In this document: piece after piece, positions 38,621-46,736 of the stretch
Numbering within the stretch: position 1 is the first letter of the stretch
Layout of the letters: every line of letters starts with the position of its first letter
Source: Desulfobacteraceae bacterium
Lineage (GTDB): Bacteria > Desulfobacterota > Desulfobacteria > Desulfobacterales > Desulfosalsimonadaceae
NCBI GenBank assembly: GCA_003597945.1
Contig: QZJS01000003.1
Span: 4,039 to 68,038, forward strand
Reading direction: 5' to 3'
DNA: 64,000 bases
Position numbers and translations under genes: made by a program
Notes under the pieces: generated by a model
Database searches by the model: none
Seen by the model: only the letters and a program-made list of their open reading frames with translations
Told to the model about the DNA's origin: nothing

Positions 38621-38953
38621 ATGAAAAAGAAAACAGGGAATACCGCCGCCGATGAATTGGAAAAATCAAATAACCCGGAGAAGCACGTTCTTATTTTGTA
38701 TGTTGCCGGCATGACGCCGAAATCAAGCGTGGCAATCGACAATGTAAGGAAATTTTGTGAAAATAACCTTCAAGGACGCTATGAACTGAAGGTGATCGAC
38801 CTCTACCAGCAGCCCGAGCTGGCCCAAGAAACCCAGATTGTCGCTACCCCGACGCTGATCAAGGAACTCCCGCTCCCCTTGCGAAAACTCATCGGCGATA
38901 TGTCGGATACCCAAAGGATTCTTGTGGGCATGGATCTGAAACCCGGAAATTGA
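38621..38953 (+). CDS. kaiB: KaiB (copy 2)
   Basis: [71 protein letters not shown]. Confidence 0.9.
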   Translation: MKKKTGNTAADELEKSNNPEKHVLILYVAGMTPKSSVAIDNVRKFCENNLQGRYELKVIDLYQQPELAQETQIVATPTLIKELPLPLRKLIGDMSDTQRILVGMDLKPGN

Positions 38954-38966
38954 CGATTACGAATCC

Positions 38967-40970
38967 ATGAATAAACCGCGAAAAACAGAGCAGGAACTTT
39001 TACATGAGCTTGAAGAGCTCAGATCCCGGCTAACGGAAGCCGATGACACGTTGCGCGCCATCCGAACGGGTGAAGTGGATGCCCTGGTGGTCTCGACCGT
39101 CGAAGGAGATCGTATTTTTACGCTTTCGGGCGCCGACCGCCCTTACCGGATGATGGTGGAGACCATGAACGAAGGCGCCGTCACCCTGGCCGTCGACGGA
39201 ACGATCCTTTTCTGCAACCAGCGTTTTGCGGACATCATCAAAACGCCTCTTGAAGAAGTCATCGGAACTTTGTTCCGGAAATATATTTCCCCAACAGACC
39301 ATCACATCTTTGAAGCAATAATTGCACGATGTGGGAAGGTTAACTGCACGACGGAACTGGAATTACAGACCGGGTGTGGGAAATCCGCTCCCGCCCTGCT
39401 CTCCGTAAGCCCCCTTAGGCAGGCCGATGTCCCCGGTTCGATGTGCGCGGTGATCACCGATCTGTCGAAACAAAAACGCAATGAAGAAATGCTGGCTGAA
39501 GAAAGACTGACAACCCAGCTTCTCCAGCAAACCTCGGAACTTTTTTTTATCTGCGACAGCAGGGGCCGTATTATCCGCGCCAGCCAGTCGGCTATCGGGG
39601 TTTTGGGCAGAACCCCGGTTTTTGAGGAATTTGATGAGGTATTTCACCTCCTTTATCCCGACGGGACGCCTTTTATTCTTCGTTCTGAAATACGCAAAAA
39701 ATTTCTCCACGGCGTGGAGGTCGTTTTCACCAACGGGGGGATTGAATCCTGTTTTCTGTTAAGCGCAAATCCGCTGATCAATCGTCAGGAAATCATCGGA
39801 ATTGTTGTCGTCATCGTGGACATCACGGACCGTAAAAACATGGAGGAGAAAATTCAAAAATCCCATGACGAGCTCGAAACCCTGGTTGAGGCGCGAACGG
39901 CCGAACTTTTGATCGCAAAAAAAGCGGCGGAAGAAGGAAGACAAGTCGCCGAGGCATCTCTTTTAGAAATAAAAAAGTTAAAAGAACAACTGGAAGCGGA
40001 AAGAGCCTATCTGCAGGAAGAGATTAAACTGGAGTATAACCATGAAAACATTATCGGTCAAAGCGACGGGCTCAAATACGTACTCTTTAAAATCGAACAA
40101 ATCGCCGCCACCGACACCACCGTAATGATTCTTGGCGAGACGGGAGTCGGCAAGGAACTGGCCGCCCGGGCCATTCACGACTTGAGCTTGCGCAAAAACC
40201 GGGCCCTGGTGAAAGTCAATTGCGCCGCGCTTCCCTCAAACCTGATCGAAAGCGAATTGTTCGGCCATGAGAAAGGCGCTTTCACCGGTGCTCATATCAA
40301 ACGGCTGGGACGCTTTGAGATTGCCGACGGCGCCACCCTGTTTTTGGATGAAATCGGTGAATTACCGCTGGAACTCCAATCAAAGCTGCTTCGCGTGCTC
40401 CAGGACGGCGAGTTTGAGCGGCTGGGCGGCACACGCACCATCAAAGTCGATACGCGGATTATTGCCGCCACCAATCGGAATCTGGAAGCGGAAGTCGACA
40501 AGGGCGGTTTCCGTAAGGACCTCTGGTATCGGCTCAATATTTTTCCGATTACCATGCCGCCGCTCCGGGATCGCCTGGATGACATACCCATGCTTGTAGA
40601 TTATTACGTCAAAAAAATTTCAAAGCGGATGGGTAAGACCATTGAACTTATACCCGATAACGTCATGAATACGCTGCGAGCGTATCACTGGCCGGGAAAT
40701 GTCCGGGAATTGGAAAACGTCCTTGAGCGCGCGGTGATCAACTCATCAGGGTCAAAACTGCGCCTGGCTGATGAGCTCAAGACGCCGTTTAAGCGCTTAT
40801 GCATCGACCACAAAACCCTTGAAGCCGTTGAACGAGACTATATTGTTCAAGTCCTCGAAGAAACCGGGTGGAAAGTCGGCGGAAAAAACAGCGCGGCTGA
40901 AATCCTTGGGCTCAAACGAAGCACCCTGCGCGCCCGCATGCGCAAACTCGATATCCGGAAACCAACATAG
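38967..40970 (+). CDS. sigma-54-dependent transcriptional activator (bEBP): coiled coil + 2 PAS + AAA+ + Fis-type HTH, no receiver domain
   Basis: 667 aa with [15 protein letters not shown] Walker [16 protein letters not shown] (GAFTGA loop), [13 protein letters not shown], and the C-terminal [22 protein letters not shown]. It starts 13 nt after the kaiB2 stop. Confidence 0.95.
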   Translation: MNKPRKTEQELLHELEELRSRLTEADDTLRAIRTGEVDALVVSTVEGDRIFTLSGADRPYRMMVETMNEGAVTLAVDGTILFCNQRFADIIKTPLEEVIGTLFRKYISPTDHHIFEAIIARCGKVNCTTELELQTGCGKSAPALLSVSPLRQADVPGSMCAVITDLSKQKRNEEMLAEERLTTQLLQQTSELFFICDSRGRIIRASQSAIGVLGRTPVFEEFDEVFHLLYPDGTPFILRSEIRKKFLHGVEVVFTNGGIESCFLLSANPLINRQEIIGIVVVIVDITDRKNMEEKIQKSHDELETLVEARTAELLIAKKAAEEGRQVAEASLLEIKKLKEQLEAERAYLQEEIKLEYNHENIIGQSDGLKYVLFKIEQIAATDTTVMILGETGVGKELAARAIHDLSLRKNRALVKVNCAALPSNLIESELFGHEKGAFTGAHIKRLGRFEIADGATLFLDEIGELPLELQSKLLRVLQDGEFERLGGTRTIKVDTRIIAATNRNLEAEVDKGGFRKDLWYRLNIFPITMPPLRDRLDDIPMLVDYYVKKISKRMGKTIELIPDNVMNTLRAYHWPGNVRELENVLERAVINSSGSKLRLADELKTPFKRLCIDHKTLEAVERDYIVQVLEETGWKVGGKNSAAEILGLKRSTLRARMRKLDIRKPT

Positions 40971-41054
40971 CTTTCTCTTTACCTACCGCGGCAGCTTTCT
41001 CCCTATTTAAATCGTTTCTCAACGCCTTTCCGATCTTCCATCATTTACTTCGTC

Positions 41055-41207
41055 AAAAAAAACCATATATGGCCGCCGGGTAAATATGGCCTTTTTTCTG
41101 CCCTGTCGCCGATTGTTCCGTAAATTCATATTATCGTGATTATTATTTAAAATCAGGATAATAGGCGATACTTTGCCAGGCATTTGAGACCTGGCACAAA
41201 GTGTGCA
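41055..41207 (+). promoter_or_regulatory. sigma-54 promoter cassette G
   Basis: AACCATATATGGCC (41061-41074) plus ATATGGCC (41084-41091) plus T-run. AATCA at 41151. TGGCAC (41192-41197)-aaagt-GTGCA (41203-41207). This is the only copy with a canonical -12 GC. Confidence 0.75.
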
Positions 41208-41326
41208 GCTAAGTTGCATTAGACGTGGATAGGCCGAAACGACTCCCCAACTGTATCGAGGCGTTAAGCAGGCCGAGTCGATATGCCCACCCATCGGGTA
41301 AACAAATCCATTCTGGAGATGGCGTT

Positions 41327-42271
41327 ATGTATATGACGGGAAGTGATGTTAATCATAATGTTCAACAAGTCTTAGATCCTGAATTGCCTGCGGCCGAGAT
41401 AGCGTCGTTTCGGATCGATCCGTTAAAACGGTATATGTTTGAGATCGGGCAATGCAAAGTGCTTCCACGGGATGAACAAAACAATCTTGCCATTCGTTAT
41501 CAGGAAAATCATGAACCTGAAGCAATTACATTACTGGTCACGTCGAATTTGCGACTGGTGTTTAAAATCGCAAGGGACTTTCAGCGGCCCTGGATGCAGA
41601 ATCTGCAGGATTTGATCCAGGAAGGGAATCTCGGGCTCATTCGGGCGGCCGAGAAATTCGATCCTTATCGCGGCGTCAAATTCTCATATTACGCTTCTTT
41701 CTGGATCAAAGCGTATATATTGAAATTTATATTAGATAACTGGCGATTGGTCAAAATCGGCACCACGGGAGCCCAGCGCAAGCTCTTTTTCAGGCTCAAC
41801 AAGGAAAAGGAAAAATTGATCAACGAAGGATTTGAGCCTGAGCCCGGACTTTTATCCCAGAGACTCGGTTTATCCCATAAAGATGTCGTTGACATGGATC
41901 AACGCTTAAATTCCTGGGATGTATCCCTGAATGAACCTGTTAAAGAATATTCGAATAAGGAGATGATCAATTATATTCCCGCGGAAAACAAATCGCCTGA
42001 AGAGCAAATCGCCGACAACCAAATCCAGGAACTCCTGCATCAAAAAATTAATGAATTCAAATCCACAATTACCCCTAGAGAATGTGAAATATTCGAAAAA
42101 CGCATCTTTACCGAAGACCCCGTCACTTTACAGAAACTTGGGGGCCGTTTTGGAATTACCAGGGAAAGGGTCCGCCAGGTGGAGAAAGAAATTATCCATA
42201 AAATCAAAATATTTTTTGAGCGTGAAATACCGGATTTTCAAAATTTGCCTCGGTATGGAGCATCCGTATAG
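41327..42271 (+). CDS. rpoH: RpoH-like (sigma-32 type) sigma-70-family sigma factor
   Basis: Region 2 reads DLIQEGNLGLIRAAEKFDP. An RpoH-box-like QRKLFFRLNKEK is present. Region 4 reads GITRERVRQVEKEII. I chose the ATG at 41327 (GGAGA RBS). The track's GTG at 41225 would lie within roughly 20 nt of the -12 element. Confidence 0.8.
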   Translation: MYMTGSDVNHNVQQVLDPELPAAEIASFRIDPLKRYMFEIGQCKVLPRDEQNNLAIRYQENHEPEAITLLVTSNLRLVFKIARDFQRPWMQNLQDLIQEGNLGLIRAAEKFDPYRGVKFSYYASFWIKAYILKFILDNWRLVKIGTTGAQRKLFFRLNKEKEKLINEGFEPEPGLLSQRLGLSHKDVVDMDQRLNSWDVSLNEPVKEYSNKEMINYIPAENKSPEEQIADNQIQELLHQKINEFKSTITPRECEIFEKRIFTEDPVTLQKLGGRFGITRERVRQVEKEIIHKIKIFFEREIPDFQNLPRYGASV

Positions 42272-42419
42272 GGCCATATGTGGCCGTGAGATAAAATGTG
42301 ACCTTTTTAATGAGGCGTTAATGGTTGCCCCGAGTAAAATTTCAAAACCAATTATTAATATAAATCAGAATGATAAGCAATATTTAGCTTGGTTTTAAAA
42401 ACCTGGCACAAAGATTGAA
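42270..42419 (+). promoter_or_regulatory. sigma-54 promoter cassette H
   Basis: GGCCATATGTGGCC (42272-42285) plus ATGTGACC (42296-42303) plus T-run. AATCA at 42363. TGGCAC (42404-42409)-aaaga-TTGA (42415-42418). The UAS abuts the rpoH-like stop codon. Confidence 0.7.
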
Positions 42420-42504
42420 GTAATAAAAGACAGGCTATGAATGAATCTTCCGGAAGAGGATTTCGAAAACAAAAACAATTAAAGAATATAAGGAGAAATG
42501 CAGC

Positions 42505-43368
42505 ATGAAAAAAACAATTTATCGCGCGGCTCTGATCGCAATGATGGCCTCTTTATTTATCATCAACGTTAATCTGGCGGCATCCGAGATGGATGACCGC
42601 ATCGAGTCAACCGCAAAAGAGTCTTATGTGTTCAAAACCTACCTCCAGGGAGACGACATTGACATCGCGTCCAAGGACGGCGCCGTCACCCTGACCGGCA
42701 CCGTAGCCGAGGAAACCCGCAAAACATTGGCCCAGGAGACGGTCGCCAGCTTGCCCGGAGTGATCAGCGTAGACAACAAGCTGGAAGTAAAAGGAGAAGC
42801 CCTCCCGGTATACTCGGATGCGTGGCTTATTGCCAAAGTGAAATCCACGCTTTTCTTCCATCGAAACGTGAGCGCCGCCAAAACAGAGGTTCTTGCAAAA
42901 GACGGGATCATTACCTTGCGCGGCGAAACCGCCAGCGAGGCCCATAAGGACCTTGCAACCGAATACGCAAAAGATGTTGAAGGCGTCAGGGACGTTAAAA
43001 ATGAGATGACGGTGGTAACCGCGGCAACCAAACCGGATGAAAAACTGAAGGCAAAAAAGATGGATGCCCAGGTGAAGCCGGGTGAAAAAACCATGGGTCA
43101 AAAGATGGGCGACGTGGTGGACGACACCACCGGATATATAGATGATGCGTCCATCACCGCCATGGTCAAAACGACATTGATGTATCATCGTTCAACCAGC
43201 GCCATCAACACCACCGTCAAAACAAACGAAGGCGTGGTCAGTTTAGGGGGCAAAGCCGCAAATGCTGCTGAAAAGGACCTGGCCACCAAACTGGTGAGCG
43301 ACGTTTACGGCGTAAAAAGCGTGGTCAACAACATGGAAATCGAGACTGCCAAAGCAGCAACCAAGTAA
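42505..43368 (+). CDS. periplasmic triple-BON-domain protein (OsmY-like)
   Basis: 287 aa with a signal peptide and three BON units (e.g. DAWLIAKVKSTLFFHRNVSAAKTEVLAKDGIITLRGETAS...VEGVRDVKNEMTV). Confidence 0.85.
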   Translation: MKKTIYRAALIAMMASLFIINVNLAASEMDDRIESTAKESYVFKTYLQGDDIDIASKDGAVTLTGTVAEETRKTLAQETVASLPGVISVDNKLEVKGEALPVYSDAWLIAKVKSTLFFHRNVSAAKTEVLAKDGIITLRGETASEAHKDLATEYAKDVEGVRDVKNEMTVVTAATKPDEKLKAKKMDAQVKPGEKTMGQKMGDVVDDTTGYIDDASITAMVKTTLMYHRSTSAINTTVKTNEGVVSLGGKAANAAEKDLATKLVSDVYGVKSVVNNMEIETAKAATK

Positions 43369-43430
43369 GAAGACGTTACGGACAATTCCGTCCGAATTAT
43401 TTTAAACCGGAATCAAACAGGAGAAACACC

Positions 43431-43610
43431 ATGAAATCAGGCAACAGAGACAAAGCGGAAGGCAAGATGCACCAGGCAAAAGGAAAAATCAAGGAAGTCG
43501 CCGGAAAAATAGTCGGTAATACCGACCTGGAAGCTGAGGGAAAAGGCGAAAATCTTGAAGGAAAGGTTCAGGAAAAGCTCGGCCAGGTAAAGAAAGTGAT
43601 GGATAAATAA
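43431..43610 (+). CDS. csbD: CsbD-family general-stress protein
   Basis: 59-aa ORF, below the track cutoff: MKSGNRDKAEGKMHQAKGKIKEVAGKIVGNTDLEAEGKGENLEGKVQEKLGQVKKVMDK. GGAGA RBS. Confidence 0.8.
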   Translation: MKSGNRDKAEGKMHQAKGKIKEVAGKIVGNTDLEAEGKGENLEGKVQEKLGQVKKVMDK

Positions 43611-43619
43611 GAAGGCCTC

Positions 43620-43653
43620 CAGACAGCCGGCCGGGGCTTACAATACCGGCCAA
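43620..43653 (+). repeat. intercistronic hairpin repeat
   Basis: CAGACAGCCGGCCGGGGCTTACAATACCGGCCAA is identical to 45326-45359. GGCCGG/CCGGCC stem around a GGCTTACAATA loop. Confidence 0.7.
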
Positions 43654-43687
43654 CTTTCATACTTTTTAAAAAAGAAGGGGCAAGCCA

Positions 43688-44086
43688 ATGACAAACAAAA
43701 CGTCAAACGGAAAGTCGGTTTTTTCTATATTTTTCATAGGAATCATTTCCATGTTGCTCATGGCGGGCTGCGCCTCAAGCGGCAGTCGTTCCATCGCCAG
43801 CAGTAAAATATCCGAAAGCGAGAAAGCCATCAGCGTCGCCAAGGAGATCAATGCGAGCACCAACATTCCCGTGGATTTAAGGAATGCTGAAAATAAACTT
43901 ATCCAGGCCAATTCGGCTTTTAAAACCGAAGAATACGCTAAGGCCGCCCGTCTGGCGGAAAAGGCGACCATCGACGCGGATTACGCCCGCATCCAGACCA
44001 ACGCCGAAAAATCAAAAAATGACGCTGATCAGATGCGCTTAAATCTCGTGGATTTGCGCCGGGACCTTGAGCGCATATCAAGATGA
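43688..44086 (+). CDS. DUF4398-like lipoprotein
   Basis: 132 aa with lipobox MAGC and a helical body (AISVAKEINASTNIPVDLRNAENKLIQANSAFKTEEYAKAARLAEKATIDADYA). Confidence 0.7.
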   Translation: MTNKTSNGKSVFSIFFIGIISMLLMAGCASSGSRSIASSKISESEKAISVAKEINASTNIPVDLRNAENKLIQANSAFKTEEYAKAARLAEKATIDADYARIQTNAEKSKNDADQMRLNLVDLRRDLERISR

Positions 44087-44125
44087 TCAATTGTTTGGAT
44101 AATTAATTTTACGGAGGAATTGAAA

Positions 44126-45283
44126 ATGACTAACAAACTGCGCGGGGCGGTTCAAATTTGCGGCGGCTTGCTCATCCCTTTCCTGTTGATTTTTGCGGGA
44201 TGCGGCCCTTCCCATCAGGAAATAATGGCAAGGGAACGTTTGGCAAGCGCTAAAGAGGCATATGCCGTCGCCAAAGCGAATCCTGATGTGGAAATACATG
44301 CCCAAAGCCCCTTAAATGATGCCGGCAGGGCTGTCGATCTCGCCTCCCAGGCCAAAAATTTTGATGAGATGGAGCATCTGGCTTACCTGGCGGAAAGGAA
44401 AACTCAGATTGCCGTTGCCGTTGCCGAAGAACAGATGGCGGAGAACGAAAAAGCGGCACTTGGAAGAGAAACCGAAAGGTTAATCGTCCGATCGCGCGAG
44501 CGCGAGCAACGGGCGAAGGTGGAAGCCAGAGAATCAAATTGGCTGGCGGCAGCTTCGGACGAGAAGGCCAGGGTTTCAAACGAGCAGGCCAGAGCTTCCG
44601 ACGCGCAGGCCAGAATATCGAACGCGCAGGCCAGAAAATCATTTGCCGAAGCAAAAAAATCCGACGAGGAAGCCTGGACCCAAAGAGCAATCGCCCAAAG
44701 AGCGGAAAAAGATGCCGATCTGTCGGCGGCCCAGGCCAGAGCGTCAAGTGCGGAAGCCAGGACATCAAGCGATCAGGCGCGGAAGGCAGATGCACAAGCA
44801 AGAAAATCCGACGCGGAAGCACTGGCGCAAACACACAGAACTGAAAAGGCCCAGGCCAGGGCAAACAAGCTGGAACAAGAAATTATCCACATGAAAGGCC
44901 AGATGACTGACCGGGGCATCGTCCTGACCATCGGCGACGTGCTCTTTGCCACCGGCACGGCGGCCCTGACTCCCGCGGCTGATAACGAAATCGACAAGCT
45001 GGCTTCTTTTATGAAGGCATACCCTAATCGCAATGTGCTCATTGAAGGCCATACCGACAGCACGGGGCCCGAGGGGGCAAACCTTGACCTTTCCATTACA
45101 AGGGCAAACGCCGTAAGGGATAAACTCATGGCCCGCGATATCAGCCTGTCCCGCATTACCACCAGCGGATTGGGACAAAGCTCTCCGGTGGCCGCCAATG
45201 ATACCGCGGCGGGACGAGAGCGCAACAGGCGGGTTGATATCATTATCTTAAATGAAGGCGTCAGCCCTTTGACCTCGAAATAA
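44126..45283 (+). CDS. OmpA-family lipoprotein with DUF4398-like N-domain and low-complexity A-R-x-S-x-x-Q repeat linker
   Basis: Lipobox FAGC. Repeats ARVSNEQARASDAQARISNAQARKS... The C-terminus is GIVLTIGDVLFATGTAALT...NVLIEGHTDSTGPEGANLDLSITRANAVRD...RERNRRVDI. I chose the ATG at 44126. The track's TTG is at 44120. Confidence 0.85.
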   Translation: MTNKLRGAVQICGGLLIPFLLIFAGCGPSHQEIMARERLASAKEAYAVAKANPDVEIHAQSPLNDAGRAVDLASQAKNFDEMEHLAYLAERKTQIAVAVAEEQMAENEKAALGRETERLIVRSREREQRAKVEARESNWLAAASDEKARVSNEQARASDAQARISNAQARKSFAEAKKSDEEAWTQRAIAQRAEKDADLSAAQARASSAEARTSSDQARKADAQARKSDAEALAQTHRTEKAQARANKLEQEIIHMKGQMTDRGIVLTIGDVLFATGTAALTPAADNEIDKLASFMKAYPNRNVLIEGHTDSTGPEGANLDLSITRANAVRDKLMARDISLSRITTSGLGQSSPVAANDTAAGRERNRRVDIIILNEGVSPLTSK

Positions 45284-45325
45284 ATTAAGCGATAACAGCT
45301 GACTTTTTTCAGCTTTATCCTCCAA

Positions 45326-45359
45326 CAGACAGCCGGCCGGGGCTTACAATACCGGCCAA
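45326..45359 (+). repeat. intercistronic hairpin repeat
   Basis: 34/34 identical to 43620-43653. It lies between the OmpA-family stop (45283) and the small membrane gene (45390). Confidence 0.7.
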
Positions 45360-45389
45360 TCTTAACCATCAAATTATAAGGAGGATCTT

Positions 45390-45539
45390 ATGTTGTGGAC
45401 GATTGCAGTCATACTGGTAATTCTCTGGCTGCTGGGATTTGTGAGCAGCTACACGATGGGAGGGTTCATCCATATCCTGCTGGTGATTGCCGTTATCGTA
45501 ATCCTGGTCAATGTCATCGGGGGGCGAAGAGCCCTATAA
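45390..45539 (+). CDS. lmo0937-family small membrane protein
   Basis: 49-aa ORF, not in the track: MLWTIAVILVILWLLGFVSSYTMGGFIHILLVIAVIVILVNVIGGRRAL. AAGGAGG RBS 5-6 nt upstream. Confidence 0.75.
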   Translation: MLWTIAVILVILWLLGFVSSYTMGGFIHILLVIAVIVILVNVIGGRRAL

Positions 45540-45586
45540 CAGCCATCATATCATGGCTCAAAACAACTAAATACAGGCGGGACAAA

Positions 45587-45808
45587 ATGAAATCCACCAC
45601 AATCATTGCTTTTATACTTATCGCCATCGGCATCGCGGCCTTCGCTTATGAAGGCATCACTTACACGACCAGGGAAAAGGTCGTCGACATCGGTCCGCTG
45701 GAAATAACGGCGGATAAAACAAGAACGTTTCCGTTGCCGCCCATTGTGGGCGGGATTGCGCTTGTGGGCGGAATTGTGCTTTTGGTCATGGGAGCAAAAA
45801 AAGACTGA
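45587..45808 (+). CDS. small two-TM membrane protein (DUF3185-like)
   Basis: MKSTTIIAFILIAIGIAAFAYEG...PPIVGGIALVGGIVLLVMGAKKD. This uses an internal Met of track ORF 45395-45808. Confidence 0.55.
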   Translation: MKSTTIIAFILIAIGIAAFAYEGITYTTREKVVDIGPLEITADKTRTFPLPPIVGGIALVGGIVLLVMGAKKD

Positions 45809-45890
45809 ATCAATCATTTAGAAGGACTGAAAGCAAATAGTAAAAATTCAAATATAGAGACATCATCGTGTCAAACAGGGAGATCCGGGA

Positions 45891-46340
45891 ATGAAAAAAA
45901 CTATTTTCAAAAAATTTCTGACCTCCGTCATCTTTGTCAGCCTGCTGTTTCAACTATCGGCGTGCGGCTATATCCTGCACCCCGAAAGAAGGGGTCAGAC
46001 CGGCGGACGTATTGATGTGGGTATCGCGGTTTTGGATGGGATAGGACTTCTGTTTTTCCTGGTTCCCGGCATCATCGCCTTTGCCGTGGATTTTTCCACC
46101 GGTTGCATTTACCTGCCGGGTGGATACGCCGCCGGGCCGGATGTCGATGAGATCAAAGTGGTGCAGGTCAACCTAGCCGAACTTAATGAAACGACGATCA
46201 ACAGGATTATTTTCATGGAGACGGGCTTATCGACGACTATTGATCTCAATAAAGCCCTGGTCTGCAAATTAAACGGCAGCGAGGAAATTCCTGAAAAATT
46301 TGCCGGGCTGCATAAGTCCGATAAAATAACCTTTCACTAA
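45891..46340 (+). CDS. lipoprotein with one additional TM segment
   Basis: 149 aa with lipobox LSAC and the hydrophobic stretch GIGLLFFLVPGIIAFAV. Confidence 0.55.
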   Translation: MKKTIFKKFLTSVIFVSLLFQLSACGYILHPERRGQTGGRIDVGIAVLDGIGLLFFLVPGIIAFAVDFSTGCIYLPGGYAAGPDVDEIKVVQVNLAELNETTINRIIFMETGLSTTIDLNKALVCKLNGSEEIPEKFAGLHKSDKITFH

Positions 46341-46369
46341 ACTATGAGCTAAGGATCTCTTTCTATACC

Positions 46370-46714
46370 ATGAATGTAATCCGAACCATCATGAACGTGC
46401 TTCCTGAAAAGCAGAAAGAGGTATTACAAACGCTGATCTCAATGGTCGGGCCCACCGAAAACGAAAAGGGATGCCTGAGCTTCGGTATTTACGGCGATAT
46501 CGAAGATGAGAACACTTTCAACCTGATTTCGGAATGGGAATCCCGCCCCCACCTGAATCGACATATGCGATCCGAACGTTTCAGCGTTTTGCTCGGGACA
46601 AAAAGCCTTTTATCCGAACCAATGAAAGTTCAGATATTTACAGTCTCAAATATCGAGGGAATGGAAGCGGTGGATACCATAAGAAAAAAAATGAAACGTA
46701 TTTTTCCGGCATGA
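46370..46714 (+). CDS. ABM-domain (antibiotic-biosynthesis-monooxygenase-like) protein
   Basis: 114 aa with a ferredoxin-like ABM pattern (GCLSFGIYGDIEDENTFNLISEWESRPHLNRHMRSERF). Confidence 0.65.
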   Translation: MNVIRTIMNVLPEKQKEVLQTLISMVGPTENEKGCLSFGIYGDIEDENTFNLISEWESRPHLNRHMRSERFSVLLGTKSLLSEPMKVQIFTVSNIEGMEAVDTIRKKMKRIFPA

Positions 46715-46736
46715 ACATCAAAAGGAGACCGTTAAT

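Noticed and set aside
41225-41326. GTG start at 41225 for the sigma-factor gene (track ORF)
   Set aside because: It would lie within roughly 20 nt of the -12 element of cassette G, at or before the expected TSS. The ATG at 41327 has a GGAGA RBS and gives a normal sigma N-terminus.
44250-45372. Minus-strand ORFs of 204, 137 and 199 aa
   Set aside because: They are antisense to the OmpA-family gene. The Pro/Arg/Leu-rich translations are produced by the A-R-x-S-x-x-Q coding repeat on the other strand.
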